Assembly: GCA_964577595.1 (NCBI GenBank)
Contig: CAZNZK010000001.1
Coordinates: 140,430 to 204,429 of the forward strand
Length of the DNA: 64,000 nucleotides
Source of the DNA: an uncultured Candidatus Saccharibacteria bacterium
GTDB lineage: Bacteria > Patescibacteriota > Minisyncoccia > Phycocordibacterales > JAKAEA01
Reading direction: 5' to 3'
Shown here: positions 8,868-18,599 of the stretch, piece after piece
How the letters are laid out: each line of letters begins with the position of its first letter
How positions within the stretch are numbered: position 1 is the first letter of the stretch
Program-made: the position numbers and the translations under genes
Notes under the pieces: model-generated
Databases searched by the model: none
Seen by the model: the letters and a program-made list of their open reading frames with translations, nothing else
Told to the model about the DNA's origin: nothing

Positions 8868-10059
8868 ATATCCCCTCCTTCTTAAGTTCCTCAACAAGCT
8901 TAGCGGCATTTTTTGAAAGCTTGTGTGGAAGTTGAATATTGATTTTTACCAGAAGGTCACCACGGCGGCCACGGGCGCTGGGGCTTGTGGCGTCGCCCCT
9001 ATTATTTTCGTTGGCTTGAGCTTCTATAGGCACACCCTTGCCGCGAACGCGGAGGATTTCACCAAAGCTGATGCCAACAGGGATTTTTAAGGTGAGCGGG
9101 CCGTCGAGCGTTTCCACGGAATATTCTCCGCCGGAAAGAGCGGCCGAAAGCTTGATGGAAAGATCGGTGACAATGTTGTGGCCTTCGCGACGCAAACCGG
9201 GGTGAGGCTTTACGTGCACGCGAATGTAGAGATCGCCAGCGTTACCCATGGCCGCTCCGCCTGGCACAGCTTCCCCACCACCGGAAAGGCGGATGATTTC
9301 ACCGTCGTTGATGCCGGGAGGAACCAGAATACTGATTTGTTCTTGTTTGCGAATGACGCCAACGCCACGACAATTCTTGCACTTTTGACTGGGAACTTTG
9401 CCGGAGCCGTGACAGGTTTCGCAGGTGCGAGTAGTGCTGAATGTACCCATGAGCGAGCTGCGGGTTTCGCGGATTTTACCTTTGCCATTGCAGGTGGTGC
9501 AGTCGTTCGTTTTGGCGCCCGGCTCGGCACCGGTGCCCTTGCAGATATCACAGGCTGATGTTTTATTTAAAACAATATTGCGAGTAATGCCGAAAACTGA
9601 TTCCGAAAGATTCAGGTCAATGTCAACGGAAATATCGGCACCGCGAGTGCGGCCGCCAGCATTGCCGCCACGGCGACCGCCAAAAAATTGGCTGAAAATG
9701 TCGCCGAGATCAATGTCTTCAAAACCTTGGCCGGCGCCATTTTGAAAACCGGAGAAATCAAAGCCACCGAAATCGTTGGGGTTGAAACCGGCTCCGCCAA
9801 AACCGCTTGCTCCCGGCCCGCCCGCACCATTGGCGCCGGTGAACACGCGGCCATAGGTGTCGTATTCGGCGCGCTTTTTGTCATCGGAGAGCACGGAATA
9901 GGCCTCGCTTGCCTCCTTGAACTTGCTGGCATCGCCGCCGGCCTTGTCGGGGTGATATTTGTGGGCCATCACCCGGAAGGCCTTTTTAATGTCGTCCTTT
10001 GAGGCGTTTTTCTGAATTCCCAATACTTCGTAGTAGTTTTTCGCCATAATTAGAGGCAT
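8866..10059 (-). CDS. dnaJ: Chaperone DnaJ
   Basis: J domain (YYEVLGI…HPDK), G/F-rich linker, four CxxCxGxG zinc-finger repeats, C-terminal domain. Confidence 0.9.
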   Translation of the reverse strand: MPLIMAKNYYEVLGIQKNASKDDIKKAFRVMAHKYHPDKAGGDASKFKEASEAYSVLSDDKKRAEYDTYGRVFTGANGAGGPGASGFGGAGFNPNDFGGFDFSGFQNGAGQGFEDIDLGDIFSQFFGGRRGGNAGGRTRGADISVDIDLNLSESVFGITRNIVLNKTSACDICKGTGAEPGAKTNDCTTCNGKGKIRETRSSLMGTFSTTRTCETCHGSGKVPSQKCKNCRGVGVIRKQEQISILVPPGINDGEIIRLSGGGEAVPGGAAMGNAGDLYIRVHVKPHPGLRREGHNIVTDLSIKLSAALSGGEYSVETLDGPLTLKIPVGISFGEILRVRGKGVPIEAQANENNRGDATSPSARGRRGDLLVKINIQLPHKLSKNAAKLVEELKKEGI

Positions 10060-10082
10060 TATAGCGCAAATTTAGATGAGTT

Positions 10083-10949
10083 TCAAGCTCTATTGCTGGG
10101 TAGTTTTTTGCTACTTTTACCCCGTAAGACCTGGGCATTCTTTTCTGTTATCACTTTCTTGCCGGTTTTTGACTCAATGTTTTTACGGGCATCGCCGGCG
10201 ATACTACCGCCTTCTCGGGCAACTTCTTTGCTTTCGTTAAAACCTTCCGGCTCTTTGCTTTTTGAAATTTCCGTCGTCGCCGTTTCTGCGAGCATGTTTA
10301 ACACCAGCTCCAGGTTGGTCATATTGTCACGCAGGTTTTCTTTCTTTAGGCCTTTGAGTTCTTTATATTCCTTGGTGGTCATTTCTGCCCAGGCCTTAGT
10401 GATTTCATCGGTCAAAATCGCGAATTCCAAACCCTCTTTAACGCCGCGCTGTTCCCACTCGTCGGTTAAGTCCTTCCGGATTTCAATACTCTTTAGGCGC
10501 TGGTTGATCCAAGCTACGCTATAACCCTTTCGCAGGTATGTTTTGAGGGCGCGATTGATAGTAAGCTCCGGATCGGCTGTTTCCTCAAGGTGCTGATAGC
10601 CCACCTTTGCCAGCCAAAGCTTAAACGGCTCGGCATTAGGCGATGGGATTGACTGAATAAGCCGGAGTAGGGTTTCCGTATCGGCGGCGTCAGTTAGCCG
10701 CATTTTGCCGTCTGGAGCAATCATTTTCAAACCGTGACATTTTGTCACGGTTTCGTTTCCGCCCTCTTCCAGTAGTCTTTCTTTTAATTTTCGCCAATAC
10801 GCAACCGGGTCAACGCTTTTTGTCAAAACAGCTACTACGTCAGAAACAGAAAAATACCACAGCTCTTTTTCAGCATCCCAATGTCGGCGGATATTTTGGC
10901 CTTCAAAAATAGCTACGGCCTTAGGTTTTGATTGATCTTTTGGTGGCAT
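10083..10949 (-). CDS. Bro-N domain protein (DinD/antirepressor-like), likely co-transcribed with dnaJ
   Basis: N-terminal …AIFEGQNIRRHWDAEKELWYFSVSDVVAVL…PNAEPFKLWLAKV… fits the Bro-N pattern; 23-bp gap to dnaJ. Confidence 0.55.
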   Translation of the reverse strand: MPPKDQSKPKAVAIFEGQNIRRHWDAEKELWYFSVSDVVAVLTKSVDPVAYWRKLKERLLEEGGNETVTKCHGLKMIAPDGKMRLTDAADTETLLRLIQSIPSPNAEPFKLWLAKVGYQHLEETADPELTINRALKTYLRKGYSVAWINQRLKSIEIRKDLTDEWEQRGVKEGLEFAILTDEITKAWAEMTTKEYKELKGLKKENLRDNMTNLELVLNMLAETATTEISKSKEPEGFNESKEVAREGGSIAGDARKNIESKTGKKVITEKNAQVLRGKSSKKLPSNRA

Positions 10950-11096
10950 TTACTTTTTACTGCTAACTACTAAGGAGGAGAAACGATCGTAATACGTGAA
11001 TTATATATCTAGTAAATTTCACGACAAGTATTTTTCTTCCGGTTTTTGTGGTGTGGTTCAATTCGTGATAATTTGTCACCGTTTGCCAGAAACTCC

Positions 11097-11121
11097 AGTT
11101 GGTGACGCAGTGTCACCAACT
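11097..11121. promoter_or_regulatory. Perfect 10-bp inverted repeat AGTTGGTGAC-gcagt-GTCACCAACT (plus a third GTCACC copy 30 bp upstream); candidate operator or terminator hairpin
   Basis: Read directly; lies between the GC-rich mini-ORF and the Bro-N gene. Confidence 0.35.
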
Positions 11122-11175
11122 CAACTGTCCGGAAAAATCGGACGATTCATTTTAAAAAATCCCAATAAAAAAGGA

Positions 11176-11541
11176 CTAGGTGGTCAACCTAGCCCAGACG
11201 GCGTGTGCTAATCGCCAACTTATTCTCCCTAGCCACAACGCGAGTCGGTGCGCGAGGTGTCCCAACTGCACCAACAACCAGTGCGCTAGCCGCAATAATT
11301 GCCGGCCGAGGTAGCGTGCTAGGAGCGCGAGTTGGTGGCCGAACCAGCGGAGGAATTGTCTCGCCAGCCGCTGGCCGTGCCGGAGCGCCCATCGGGCTGG
11401 TACACCCAGGAAAGTCACGAAGATCCACCAGAAATACCTGCGCGCCAGGCGGGGGCCGCCGATGATCATGGCGATAGCGCCAATCTGAATGACCAGTACG
11501 ATCACCGCGGCCAGGAGGCACCCGAGCTGTTGTAACAGCAT
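11176..11541 (-). CDS. Small Arg/Leu-rich membrane-anchored protein encoded in a very GC-rich (about 62%) segment
   Basis: 121 aa, N-terminal hydrophobic helix then R/L/H-rich tail; AAGGAG SD 7 nt upstream of ATG; overlapping alternative-frame ORFs judged GC artefacts. Confidence 0.4.
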   Translation of the reverse strand: MLLQQLGCLLAAVIVLVIQIGAIAMIIGGPRLARRYFWWIFVTFLGVPARWALRHGQRLARQFLRWFGHQLALLARYLGRQLLRLAHWLLVQLGHLAHRLALWLGRISWRLAHAVWARLTT

Positions 11542-11647
11542 GCCAAACTCCTTTTTGTTCGGATTCTGAACGGAGTAATCACGTTGATTTCTCCAGCTCC
11601 TAATAGTTTAACACGAGTAAACTAAAATGTCAAATAAGTCAACCAAA

Positions 11648-11672
11648 TGAAAACCCCATCTTGCGATGGGGG
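11648..11672 (-). terminator. Rho-independent terminator (CCCCATC-ttgc-GATGGGG + U-tract on minus strand)
   Basis: Hairpin and following T-run read on the minus strand. Confidence 0.5.
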
Positions 11673-12169
11673 TTTGGGGGGTGGCGCTTCAAGAAGGCAA
11701 AAGTGGTTGTGTGAGTTGAAATGCCAAGAACTCGCAAACCAAAGAGATTGAAACAGAATTTCATCTCTCAACATCTGTTCGGCTATAATCTCTTAGAATT
11801 TGCCGACAAAGTTGAGAAACTACACTTGATTGGACGAACCAACCTTTTTTGAGCTATTGCAGACAATCAAATCAACTCCGCAATAGGCATGGATTCGGGC
11901 TCCTCACGCGCGTGCGCGTCAATCATTCGGTGATAATCCATCACAATTTCCGAATGACATTCCAGAGGGGAATTTCTTCCGACACTAGGAAAACCTGGGA
12001 AAGGACATGCGCTTATGCGCCTCTAATAATAACTCCCGGAAGCCCAATGCTTCCTGCTCCTAAGGCGTTACTCTTATGCTGGTGCTAGTATAGCACGTCT
12101 GTGGAAGTTGTCAAGCGTTTTTGCTAGTTTCTTATGCTAGATGTCAAAATATGGCTCTAAATAATGATT

Positions 12170-12208
12170 AAAGAAAAATCCCACGCCCGGAATGAACCGA
12201 GCGTGGGA
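12170..12208 (-). terminator. Rho-independent terminator after the radical-SAM gene (CCCACGC…GCGTGGG + UUUUUCUUU)
   Basis: 7-bp GC stem, 14-nt loop, T-tract, 25 nt downstream of the stop. Confidence 0.55.
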
Positions 12209-12231
12209 GTGAAGATCAAAGAACGCTGTAA

Positions 12232-14151
12232 TTAGGAATTTTTCTTCGAGCTGACGGGCTTGTAGGCCCTGCGTGGCACTGCGCCGGGGCACTTATCAGC
12301 AATGATTTTGTCCGCGCGAGCGATGAGCTCGCGGGCCTCTTCCATGCTGATTCGGGTAAAGTGATGGTACCAAGCCTCCTCGGTCTCCATGGGAACAACA
12401 AGCTCCTCACGGCGACTGGCAAAGTCTTGGGACCACTCTGCTTTGCCGAGCGTCTTTCCGACCTTCTCCGCCAATTGCTTGGCGTAATCGTAATCGTAAA
12501 AGAGCTGGCTAATCGGCGACCCGAAGTTGAGCCACCAGACGTCGCTTTCGCAGGTGTCAAACTGCTCTCCGAGCTGATCGGCCATCCAGTTGATATGCTC
12601 GAGCGTGCTTTCGCACGTCTCGCGCGTTTCTCCCGGACTGCCGAAGATGAACGAAGCGTGAAGATAGGTGCCGCTTGAAGCGATGAGCTCGGTGGCGAGC
12701 CGATTTTCATCGATCCGCCGACCGCTCTGCTTTGAGCTCTTCACGATTCCGCTGGAAAGGATCCGCTCATCCCCGGACTCCTGGCCCATATTGATGACGA
12801 CACGCTCGGTTGCGAGCGCATGCCACATGTCCAGAAATTGAGGATGTTGGGCGACTCCTTGTCCACGACCGTAAATGGTCAACGCACGCCACGGCGAAAC
12901 GCCGCGAAGCGCATTGGCCACCTTCGGTGCCATCTCGTAGGAACTGTCAGTGACATTGTAAAGCGTATTGATACCAAAGCCTTTGAAAGCCTCGGCCAAC
13001 GTCACAATAGTGTCCGCGCTCGGAATTCGGATGTCATGAACGCCCGGAATAGTGCAGAACGCACAGACCTCGCCTCCAGCCGCACGAGTGCAGCCTTGGG
13101 CGAAGTGCGCTGTCGCATTCTTCACCGTCTGCGGGTCGCTGAATTTGTGCCCGTAGGTGAACCGGTAATTTGACCACACCTGCTCCCAGTAGGAAGCGTG
13201 AAAGAGGTCGAACTTCGGCACAAGGAAAGCGTCGTCGATGAATCGCTTGAAATCAGCATTCCGCTGGACCCCAAGCTGTACCAGCTCGGCTTTGAGTTGC
13301 GGCTTGCAGTTTGAGCGCATGGTGGCCCCAGACAGCGTTTGTACGCCGTCAATTTGCAACTTCTCAATCGGCACCTTGGTAATCTGCCGGAAGAAACCGC
13401 GGACGGCCGTCAGGCTGTTCCCAGTAAAGACCGCGTCAATGGGCTTGCGAGGAAGCGCGAGTAGCTGGTTGGCGCGAAAGATCGCGGAGTCGTTTCCGGC
13501 AATCACATGCTTCGCACCAAGCTCCTTGGCTTTCTCGGCGAGCACAACGCCGCGTTCAATACCAGTCGTGACCAGAGAGAGTCCGACAATGTCGCCGGGT
13601 TGAACCAACGACTCCATCGGCGCAAACCCTTGCACAAGCTCGTCCCAGAGCACTACTTCATATCCCTCTTGATCAGCAATGGTGCCGATGTAGAGGAGGC
13701 CAAGATGCGGCCACGTTCGGTAGAGTGTCGTATCGCCGCCGAGCTCATTTATGTTCTGCTCGACATTGATGAGGACGAGGCGCCGTTTTTGTTCACGGCG
13801 TTTGGCGAGAACCATTGCCGCGCCTGGCGTCATCGTGCTTGCGCACACGTATCGCCGCCGTTCGTCACGGAACAAATCGGTTCTAAACGTGAGAACTAAC
13901 TTGTGTTTGGTGGGAATGTCCCGTGGACCGTCGTAGTCCTTTAAGGCTTTCGCCGCAAGGACTCGGTCAGAAGTTGCCGCAATAAAGTTGTCATGCGGAA
14001 TTTGGTAGTGATCGACATACGTTTGCCGCACAGTGTCATACGTTACCTGGGACGGATCCCATGTCACGTATGCCGGCGATGCGACGACCTCCGCCCTGAT
14101 GAACATCACCAGGAAAAGCGGAATCAACCAATATTTCCTATTCATTTTCAA
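12232..14151 (-). CDS. Cobalamin-binding-domain radical SAM protein (class B-like) with non-canonical CX8CX2C motif and signal-peptide/TM-like N-terminus
   Basis: Rossmann/B12-like segment (RRLVLINVEQ…GLLYIGT…DIVGLSLVTTG…); cluster motif GCTRAAGGEVCAFC; rSAM core motifs INMGQESGDERIL and FIFGSPGETRET; GGAG SD before the ATG at 14145; N-terminus MNRKYWLIPLFLVMFIRAEVVASPA; GC about 54%. Confidence 0.6.
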   Translation of the reverse strand: MKMNRKYWLIPLFLVMFIRAEVVASPAYVTWDPSQVTYDTVRQTYVDHYQIPHDNFIAATSDRVLAAKALKDYDGPRDIPTKHKLVLTFRTDLFRDERRRYVCASTMTPGAAMVLAKRREQKRRLVLINVEQNINELGGDTTLYRTWPHLGLLYIGTIADQEGYEVVLWDELVQGFAPMESLVQPGDIVGLSLVTTGIERGVVLAEKAKELGAKHVIAGNDSAIFRANQLLALPRKPIDAVFTGNSLTAVRGFFRQITKVPIEKLQIDGVQTLSGATMRSNCKPQLKAELVQLGVQRNADFKRFIDDAFLVPKFDLFHASYWEQVWSNYRFTYGHKFSDPQTVKNATAHFAQGCTRAAGGEVCAFCTIPGVHDIRIPSADTIVTLAEAFKGFGINTLYNVTDSSYEMAPKVANALRGVSPWRALTIYGRGQGVAQHPQFLDMWHALATERVVINMGQESGDERILSSGIVKSSKQSGRRIDENRLATELIASSGTYLHASFIFGSPGETRETCESTLEHINWMADQLGEQFDTCESDVWWLNFGSPISQLFYDYDYAKQLAEKVGKTLGKAEWSQDFASRREELVVPMETEEAWYHHFTRISMEEARELIARADKIIADKCPGAVPRRAYKPVSSKKNS

Positions 14152-14258
14152 ACTCCTTTCAGTAACAGTTTCCGCTCATAATATTAACACGTATATTCAG
14201 TTTTGTAAAGAAAAAACCGAGTTATTAGCTCGGTTTACTCTCCTTTCTAATGAACATG

Positions 14259-15404
14259 TCAGTGGAGGATGGCGTGGGCTCCTTGGGGGAGCTCGCCATC
14301 TTTCCGTAGACGACGGTTTACAACGGTTGGACGAGTCCACTCCGACTTTGGCGCAGACGGGTCGTGACCCATGCCTCTGGGGCGATGCCAATACCCCTGC
14401 CGGAAATGGGGTGTCAGTATGCGGCCAGTTCTGCCAACATCAGTATGGTCCTCAAGAACACGGCGATCTTCTACTGAAACCTTGAACTCGGTAGAAAGCG
14501 TGCATATCTGGCGTTCGTCCGTGACACCATGTCCCCGGTCGTTCAGCACGGGCTTATCGTCCCGGTTCCACGAGGAAACATGCGACGAAGAGGACGGCAA
14601 AGTTTTCATATACATACAGATGCCCGCAACGATACGGAACACTTGTTCGCATATGGTGCTTTCCGCCCAGGTCTGAGGAGTTGGGGTTCCTGCCTGTGTG
14701 ACATTGAACTCGGAATCCATTACGAATTGAACAATGTACTTGTCGGAATTGTTTGCCGCGGTTCGTAGTATATTGCTGATTTTCTTCTCAACAACATGCC
14801 ACTTCTTGCGACGCGCCAACTCTTCAATTTGCCGTCGGTCCGATGCGGTGAGAAATTTGTCGGTTGCCAATTTGGCTGGCAACACCACAAAACGCAGATG
14901 CTGTTTCTCAATATCTCTCGCCACAATAATGGTATCGAAGGGTGTTTCAATACCACTCGCGTCCTTGCGTGCCCTGCATTTTGTGACCAGAGGAGTGGTG
15001 AGAGAAATCGCAAAGGCGTCAAATGGCAAACGCACATCGTCCCATGCAAGACCATCAATGCTGGTGGTGTTGAGTAGAAGTTGGAGATCAGCGTCAAGAG
15101 AATAGATGCGCCGCGAATGGGCGACCCACATGCCAAGCATGTGCAGCTCAAAAAACTGATCAGGCTTCTGGGGGACGTGTGCAGCGAGATGCTTACCCAC
15201 TTCCGCCCAACTTAGTCCCGGCACAATGTTGAGCAAGTCCTTCCTTAGGTGGCTCCATTGGAGCATCATGTTCACGTCGCTGTCCCGACCTGCCATCACC
15301 GGACGACCGAGGGCGCGATCAACTTCCCTTCCCATTTTAATGAGAAATCCGTAGTCTTCCTGGGAACGGAGCAGTTGCTCCAACTGCACTGCTGTATTAA
15401 CCAT
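14259..15404 (-). CDS. Hypothetical protein, possible nucleotidyltransferase (Pol-beta-like) fold; upstream partner of the radical SAM gene
   Basis: 381 aa; N-terminal …ALGRPVMAGRDSDVNMMLQW… weakly resembles the hG[GS]-x9-DxD NTase motif; no other recognisable domain; same GC-shifted island. Confidence 0.3.
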   Translation of the reverse strand: MVNTAVQLEQLLRSQEDYGFLIKMGREVDRALGRPVMAGRDSDVNMMLQWSHLRKDLLNIVPGLSWAEVGKHLAAHVPQKPDQFFELHMLGMWVAHSRRIYSLDADLQLLLNTTSIDGLAWDDVRLPFDAFAISLTTPLVTKCRARKDASGIETPFDTIIVARDIEKQHLRFVVLPAKLATDKFLTASDRRQIEELARRKKWHVVEKKISNILRTAANNSDKYIVQFVMDSEFNVTQAGTPTPQTWAESTICEQVFRIVAGICMYMKTLPSSSSHVSSWNRDDKPVLNDRGHGVTDERQICTLSTEFKVSVEDRRVLEDHTDVGRTGRILTPHFRQGYWHRPRGMGHDPSAPKSEWTRPTVVNRRLRKDGELPQGAHAILH

Positions 15405-15642
15405 ATATCACCTCACATTTTGTGAAAGATCCGTTTTTTAGGTTGAGACACTCTCAAACCTTGCTTATTAAATAATAAATCAAAAACACAGAAAAGTCAA
15501 GTATGGGGAATGTTAAAACAACCCGCTTTTGGGCGAGTTGTTTTGGGGTTATTTCAAGTTTTTTATCGACTTAACAAATTACAAGATTTTATTCTTATCC
15601 GAATGATTGTAAGTAATTTTTTTTGCAGTAGAATACGGACAC

Positions 15643-16224
15643 ATGGCATCCTTGCGTGAACAAAAAAGATTAATCAAAGGTATTCATGATAGCGATGATT
15701 TAGTGCTTTATGATACTCCCAACGAAACGAATATAGTGGAGTATTTTTTGAAACACCCCCTCTTTAATGAGGACAGTAAAATAAATTTTTCTAAACCGTA
15801 TTGGGAGGAAAACAAGAATTTTTGGCAACCTAGAGAAGAGCGTGTGCATAAAATTAAAGCACTCATTCGTTCTTGTATACACGATAAGTTTATCGAACCA
15901 ATAAAAGAGGAGGTGGAAAGACAGGAGCAGGTGCTTTCTGTCGATTATTATAAAATTATGTCTGGAACAAAAGAACCACCAAAGACATTTAAATACATTA
16001 TCGATCGTGGATATCAGGCCACAAGCCGAGGAACTGACTTGCTGACTGTCTGGGGTTTCGTTTCGATCACTTTAGAGAAGTACAGCCCCATTAGTCTATT
16101 TTTAACCGGTACTGGCATAGCGGCTGTTATTTTAGGGGCGATTTATTGGATTTTTACCCAACTACCTACGTGGCTGTGCTATGTTTCGTATATCCCTTTC
16201 GTATTTAAATGGTGCCATGCTTAA
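15643..16224 (+). CDS. AT-rich orphan protein with C-terminal TM helices
   Basis: 193 aa, about 35% GC versus about 48% background; own bidirectional terminator downstream. Confidence 0.4.
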   Translation: MASLREQKRLIKGIHDSDDLVLYDTPNETNIVEYFLKHPLFNEDSKINFSKPYWEENKNFWQPREERVHKIKALIRSCIHDKFIEPIKEEVERQEQVLSVDYYKIMSGTKEPPKTFKYIIDRGYQATSRGTDLLTVWGFVSITLEKYSPISLFLTGTGIAAVILGAIYWIFTQLPTWLCYVSYIPFVFKWCHA

Positions 16225-16226
16225 CG

Positions 16227-16256
16227 AAAAAGTCTTCCCATAAGGAAGACTTTTTC
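16227..16256. terminator. Bidirectional rho-independent terminator (AAGTCTTCC-cataa-GGAAGACTT flanked by A/T tracts)
   Basis: Perfect 9-bp stem with T-runs on both strands; serves the + strand orphan and the minus-strand dnaK unit. Confidence 0.6.
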
Positions 16257-16293
16257 TTATTGATTTTTATAATTTATTATTTTACTTCCGCAT

Positions 16294-16572
16294 CTATTTC
16301 TTCTTATTTTTATCTCCCGGTTTTTCAGGGGAAGGTAATTGAATTGGGCTCGTTATGCCTGACTCCATGTTTATTTCTCCAAACATAGCTTCTGATTTTT
16401 CAATCGTTTCTTTTAGTTTCAGATAGAGCTCCTTACCTAGTGTACGTCCAAGCGCAAAGGCTTGTATGTTGTTTCCGCATGTCATTGCAACAACAAAGTG
16501 ATCTTTACCTAGTCCGAGTAAGAAGTTGTCGGCAAAATTTTTGGGAACAGGATTAAGGTCTATATTAGTCAT
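16294..16572 (-). CDS. Small hypothetical protein downstream of dnaK
   Basis: 92 aa, 24-bp gap after the dnaK stop, before the terminator. Confidence 0.4.
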   Translation of the reverse strand: MTNIDLNPVPKNFADNFLLGLGKDHFVVAMTCGNNIQAFALGRTLGKELYLKLKETIEKSEAMFGEINMESGITSPIQLPSPEKPGDKNKKK

Positions 16573-16596
16573 TTTGGTTAGGTTAACTGATTTGTA

Positions 16597-18504
16597 TTAC
16601 TTCACCTCCGCATCTCTCACGTTTCCATCGGCACCAGCTGGGCCTTGGTCGCCGGGCTTTTGATCGCCTGCGGGATTGGCGCCAGGAGTGGTGCTGGAAT
16701 TCTGATTCATATGTTGGCCAATTTTCTGGAGCTCGGTGGAAAGGGATTCGGTCGCGGCTTTAATGGTCGCCAAGTCGGGAGTGGTGCTCTCCTTCGCCTT
16801 CTTCAAATCGGCAATTTTGGTTTCAATGGCGGTTTTCAAGTCGGCAGGCACTTTGTCGCCAGCGTCTTTGAGGGCTTTTTCGCTGGAATACACTAATTGC
16901 TCCGCCAAGTTTTTAGCTTCGGCAATGTCGCGCTTCTTTTGGTCGTCGGCGGCATTGGCGTCGGCATCGCGCTTCATGCGCTCAATATCGTCCTTGGAAA
17001 GGCCGGAAGAGCCTTGAATGCTGATAGTTTGGCTCTTACCGCTAGCCTTCTCCTTTGCTGTGACTTTCAGAATGCCGTTAGCGTCAACATCAAAGGTCAC
17101 CTCTACCTGCGGCATGCCCCGTGGAGAGGGCGGAATGCCATCAAGGATGAATTGGCCGAGCGACTTGTTGTCGGAGGCCATAGCTCGCTCGCCTTGCGTT
17201 ACGTGGACCTGTACGCTCGTTTGATTATCCGCGGCAGTTGAGAACACTTGGGATTTTGAAGTTGGAATGGTGGTGTTCTTTTCAATGAGCTTGGTAGCGA
17301 CGCCACCCATGGTTTCAATACCAAGGGAAAGGGGGATGACGTCCAAGAGAAGAATGTCTTTCACATCGCCAGTAATGACGCCGCCTTGAATGGCTGCGCC
17401 GATAGCGACAACTTCATCGGGGTTGACACCCATGTGTGGATCGCGACCGAAAAGATCCTTCACCGCTTTCTGCATGGCGGGCATTCTGGTTTGACCGCCG
17501 ACGAGCACTACTTCATTGAGCTCGCCTATTTTGAACGGCGAAGCGGCAATGGCGCGCTTGGTAATTTCAATGGCGCGGTCAATGAATTCCTGAGTTAACT
17601 TCTCTAAGTCAGTTCGCGTCATAGTGCGAATAAGGTGCAAGGGACCATTGGCGCTGGTGGAGACGAAGGGAATGTTGATTTCACTCTGCACGGCTGAGGA
17701 GAGCTCGATTTTGGCCTTCTCAGCGGCATCGTCGAGGCGCTGTTTAGCCAAGGGGTCTGCCAAAAGGTCAATTCCTTGCTCTTTCTTGAAGCCTTCAGCC
17801 AGCCAGGTGATGATTTTCTGGTCGATGTCCTTACCGCCCAGGTGAGCGTCGCCGTCGGTAGATTTTACTTCAACGACATCGTCACCGACTTCCAAAATGG
17901 AGATGTCGAATGTGCCGCCGCCGAAATCGAAGACGGCGATTTTTTCATTTTTCTTTTTGTTGAAGCCATAGGCAAGCGCGGCCGCGGTGGGCTCGTTAAT
18001 GATGCGCTTCACGTTAAGGCCGGCTATCTGCCCGGCGTCTTTGGTGGCCTGGCGCTGATTGTCGTTGAAATAGGCTGGCACGGTGATAACAGCATCGGTG
18101 ATTTTTTCACCAAGGCGTGCTTCGGCATCTTGCTTCAATTTCTGCAGGATCATGGCCGAAATTTCTTCGGGGCGATACCATTTGTCGCCCATTTTTACTT
18201 CAATGCCACCAGTGGGGCCTTTACGGCATTCGAAGCCCACGGAAGCGATGTCTTTTTGCACAAGCGGCTCATCCCAATTGTGGCCGATGAAGCGCTTGAT
18301 TTGGTAGATGGTGTTTTTCGGATTGGTAACGCTCTGGCGTTTGGCCAAGAGGCCGACCATTCTGTCGCCAGTTTTTGACTGAGCGATAATGGACGGCGTG
18401 GTGCGAGCGCCCTCGGCGTTTTCCAGGATTTTCGGCTCACCGCCTTCCATAACGGCGACTGCTGAGTTGGTTGTGCCTAAATCGATACCTATGATTTTTG
18501 CCAT
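16597..18504 (-). CDS. dnaK: Chaperone DnaK (Hsp70)
   Basis: 635 aa; [24 protein letters not shown] motifs and C-terminal substrate-binding domain. Confidence 0.95.
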   Translation of the reverse strand: MAKIIGIDLGTTNSAVAVMEGGEPKILENAEGARTTPSIIAQSKTGDRMVGLLAKRQSVTNPKNTIYQIKRFIGHNWDEPLVQKDIASVGFECRKGPTGGIEVKMGDKWYRPEEISAMILQKLKQDAEARLGEKITDAVITVPAYFNDNQRQATKDAGQIAGLNVKRIINEPTAAALAYGFNKKKNEKIAVFDFGGGTFDISILEVGDDVVEVKSTDGDAHLGGKDIDQKIITWLAEGFKKEQGIDLLADPLAKQRLDDAAEKAKIELSSAVQSEINIPFVSTSANGPLHLIRTMTRTDLEKLTQEFIDRAIEITKRAIAASPFKIGELNEVVLVGGQTRMPAMQKAVKDLFGRDPHMGVNPDEVVAIGAAIQGGVITGDVKDILLLDVIPLSLGIETMGGVATKLIEKNTTIPTSKSQVFSTAADNQTSVQVHVTQGERAMASDNKSLGQFILDGIPPSPRGMPQVEVTFDVDANGILKVTAKEKASGKSQTISIQGSSGLSKDDIERMKRDADANAADDQKKRDIAEAKNLAEQLVYSSEKALKDAGDKVPADLKTAIETKIADLKKAKESTTPDLATIKAATESLSTELQKIGQHMNQNSSTTPGANPAGDQKPGDQGPAGADGNVRDAEVK

Positions 18505-18526
18505 AATTTTGATGTTTATAACTAGT

Positions 18527-18562
18527 TGACTTGATTGGTAAATAGTATATAATTGACTGCAG
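18527..18562 (+). promoter_or_regulatory. Sigma70-like promoter TTGACT-16-TATAAT driving the small + strand membrane ORF
   Basis: Consensus-like hexamers read directly; AAGGAG SD before the ATG at 18600. Confidence 0.5.
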
Positions 18563-18599
18563 GTGATATTTGTGGTCTTTACGTATAAAGGAGTTTGCC

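Noticed and set aside
10996-11211. 71-aa + strand ORF upstream of the Bro-N gene
   Set aside because: It overlaps the inverted-repeat regulatory region, has no SD and is low complexity.
11189-11535. Three further overlapping ORFs (11189..11521 -, 11205..11465 +, 11332..11535 +) in the 62% GC segment
   Set aside because: High GC suppresses stop codons in all frames. Only 11176..11541 (-) has a good SD and a hydrophobic N-terminus. The others are treated as artefacts.
11700-11860. Possible CRISPR-like repeats (gagttgaaatg / gagattgaaac / aagttgagaaac)
   Set aside because: Only three short, imperfect, irregularly spaced copies are present. There are no cas genes and the architecture is not CRISPR-like.
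11849-12088. 79-aa + strand ORF in the ORF-free segment between terminators
   Set aside because: It has no SD and odd composition (Cys/Trp ending). It is more likely non-coding; the region is reported as a finding instead.
12216-12710. 164-aa minus-strand ORF overlapping the radical SAM gene in another frame
   Set aside because: It is fully nested in the rSAM gene's C-terminal coding region, is Ser/Arg-rich, has no start context, and arises as a consequence of the GC-rich composition.
16645-18378. Series of + strand ORFs antisense to dnaK (e.g. 17776..18378, 200 aa)
   Set aside because: They are antisense to a highly conserved gene, with no SD or promoter. These are typical shadow ORFs.
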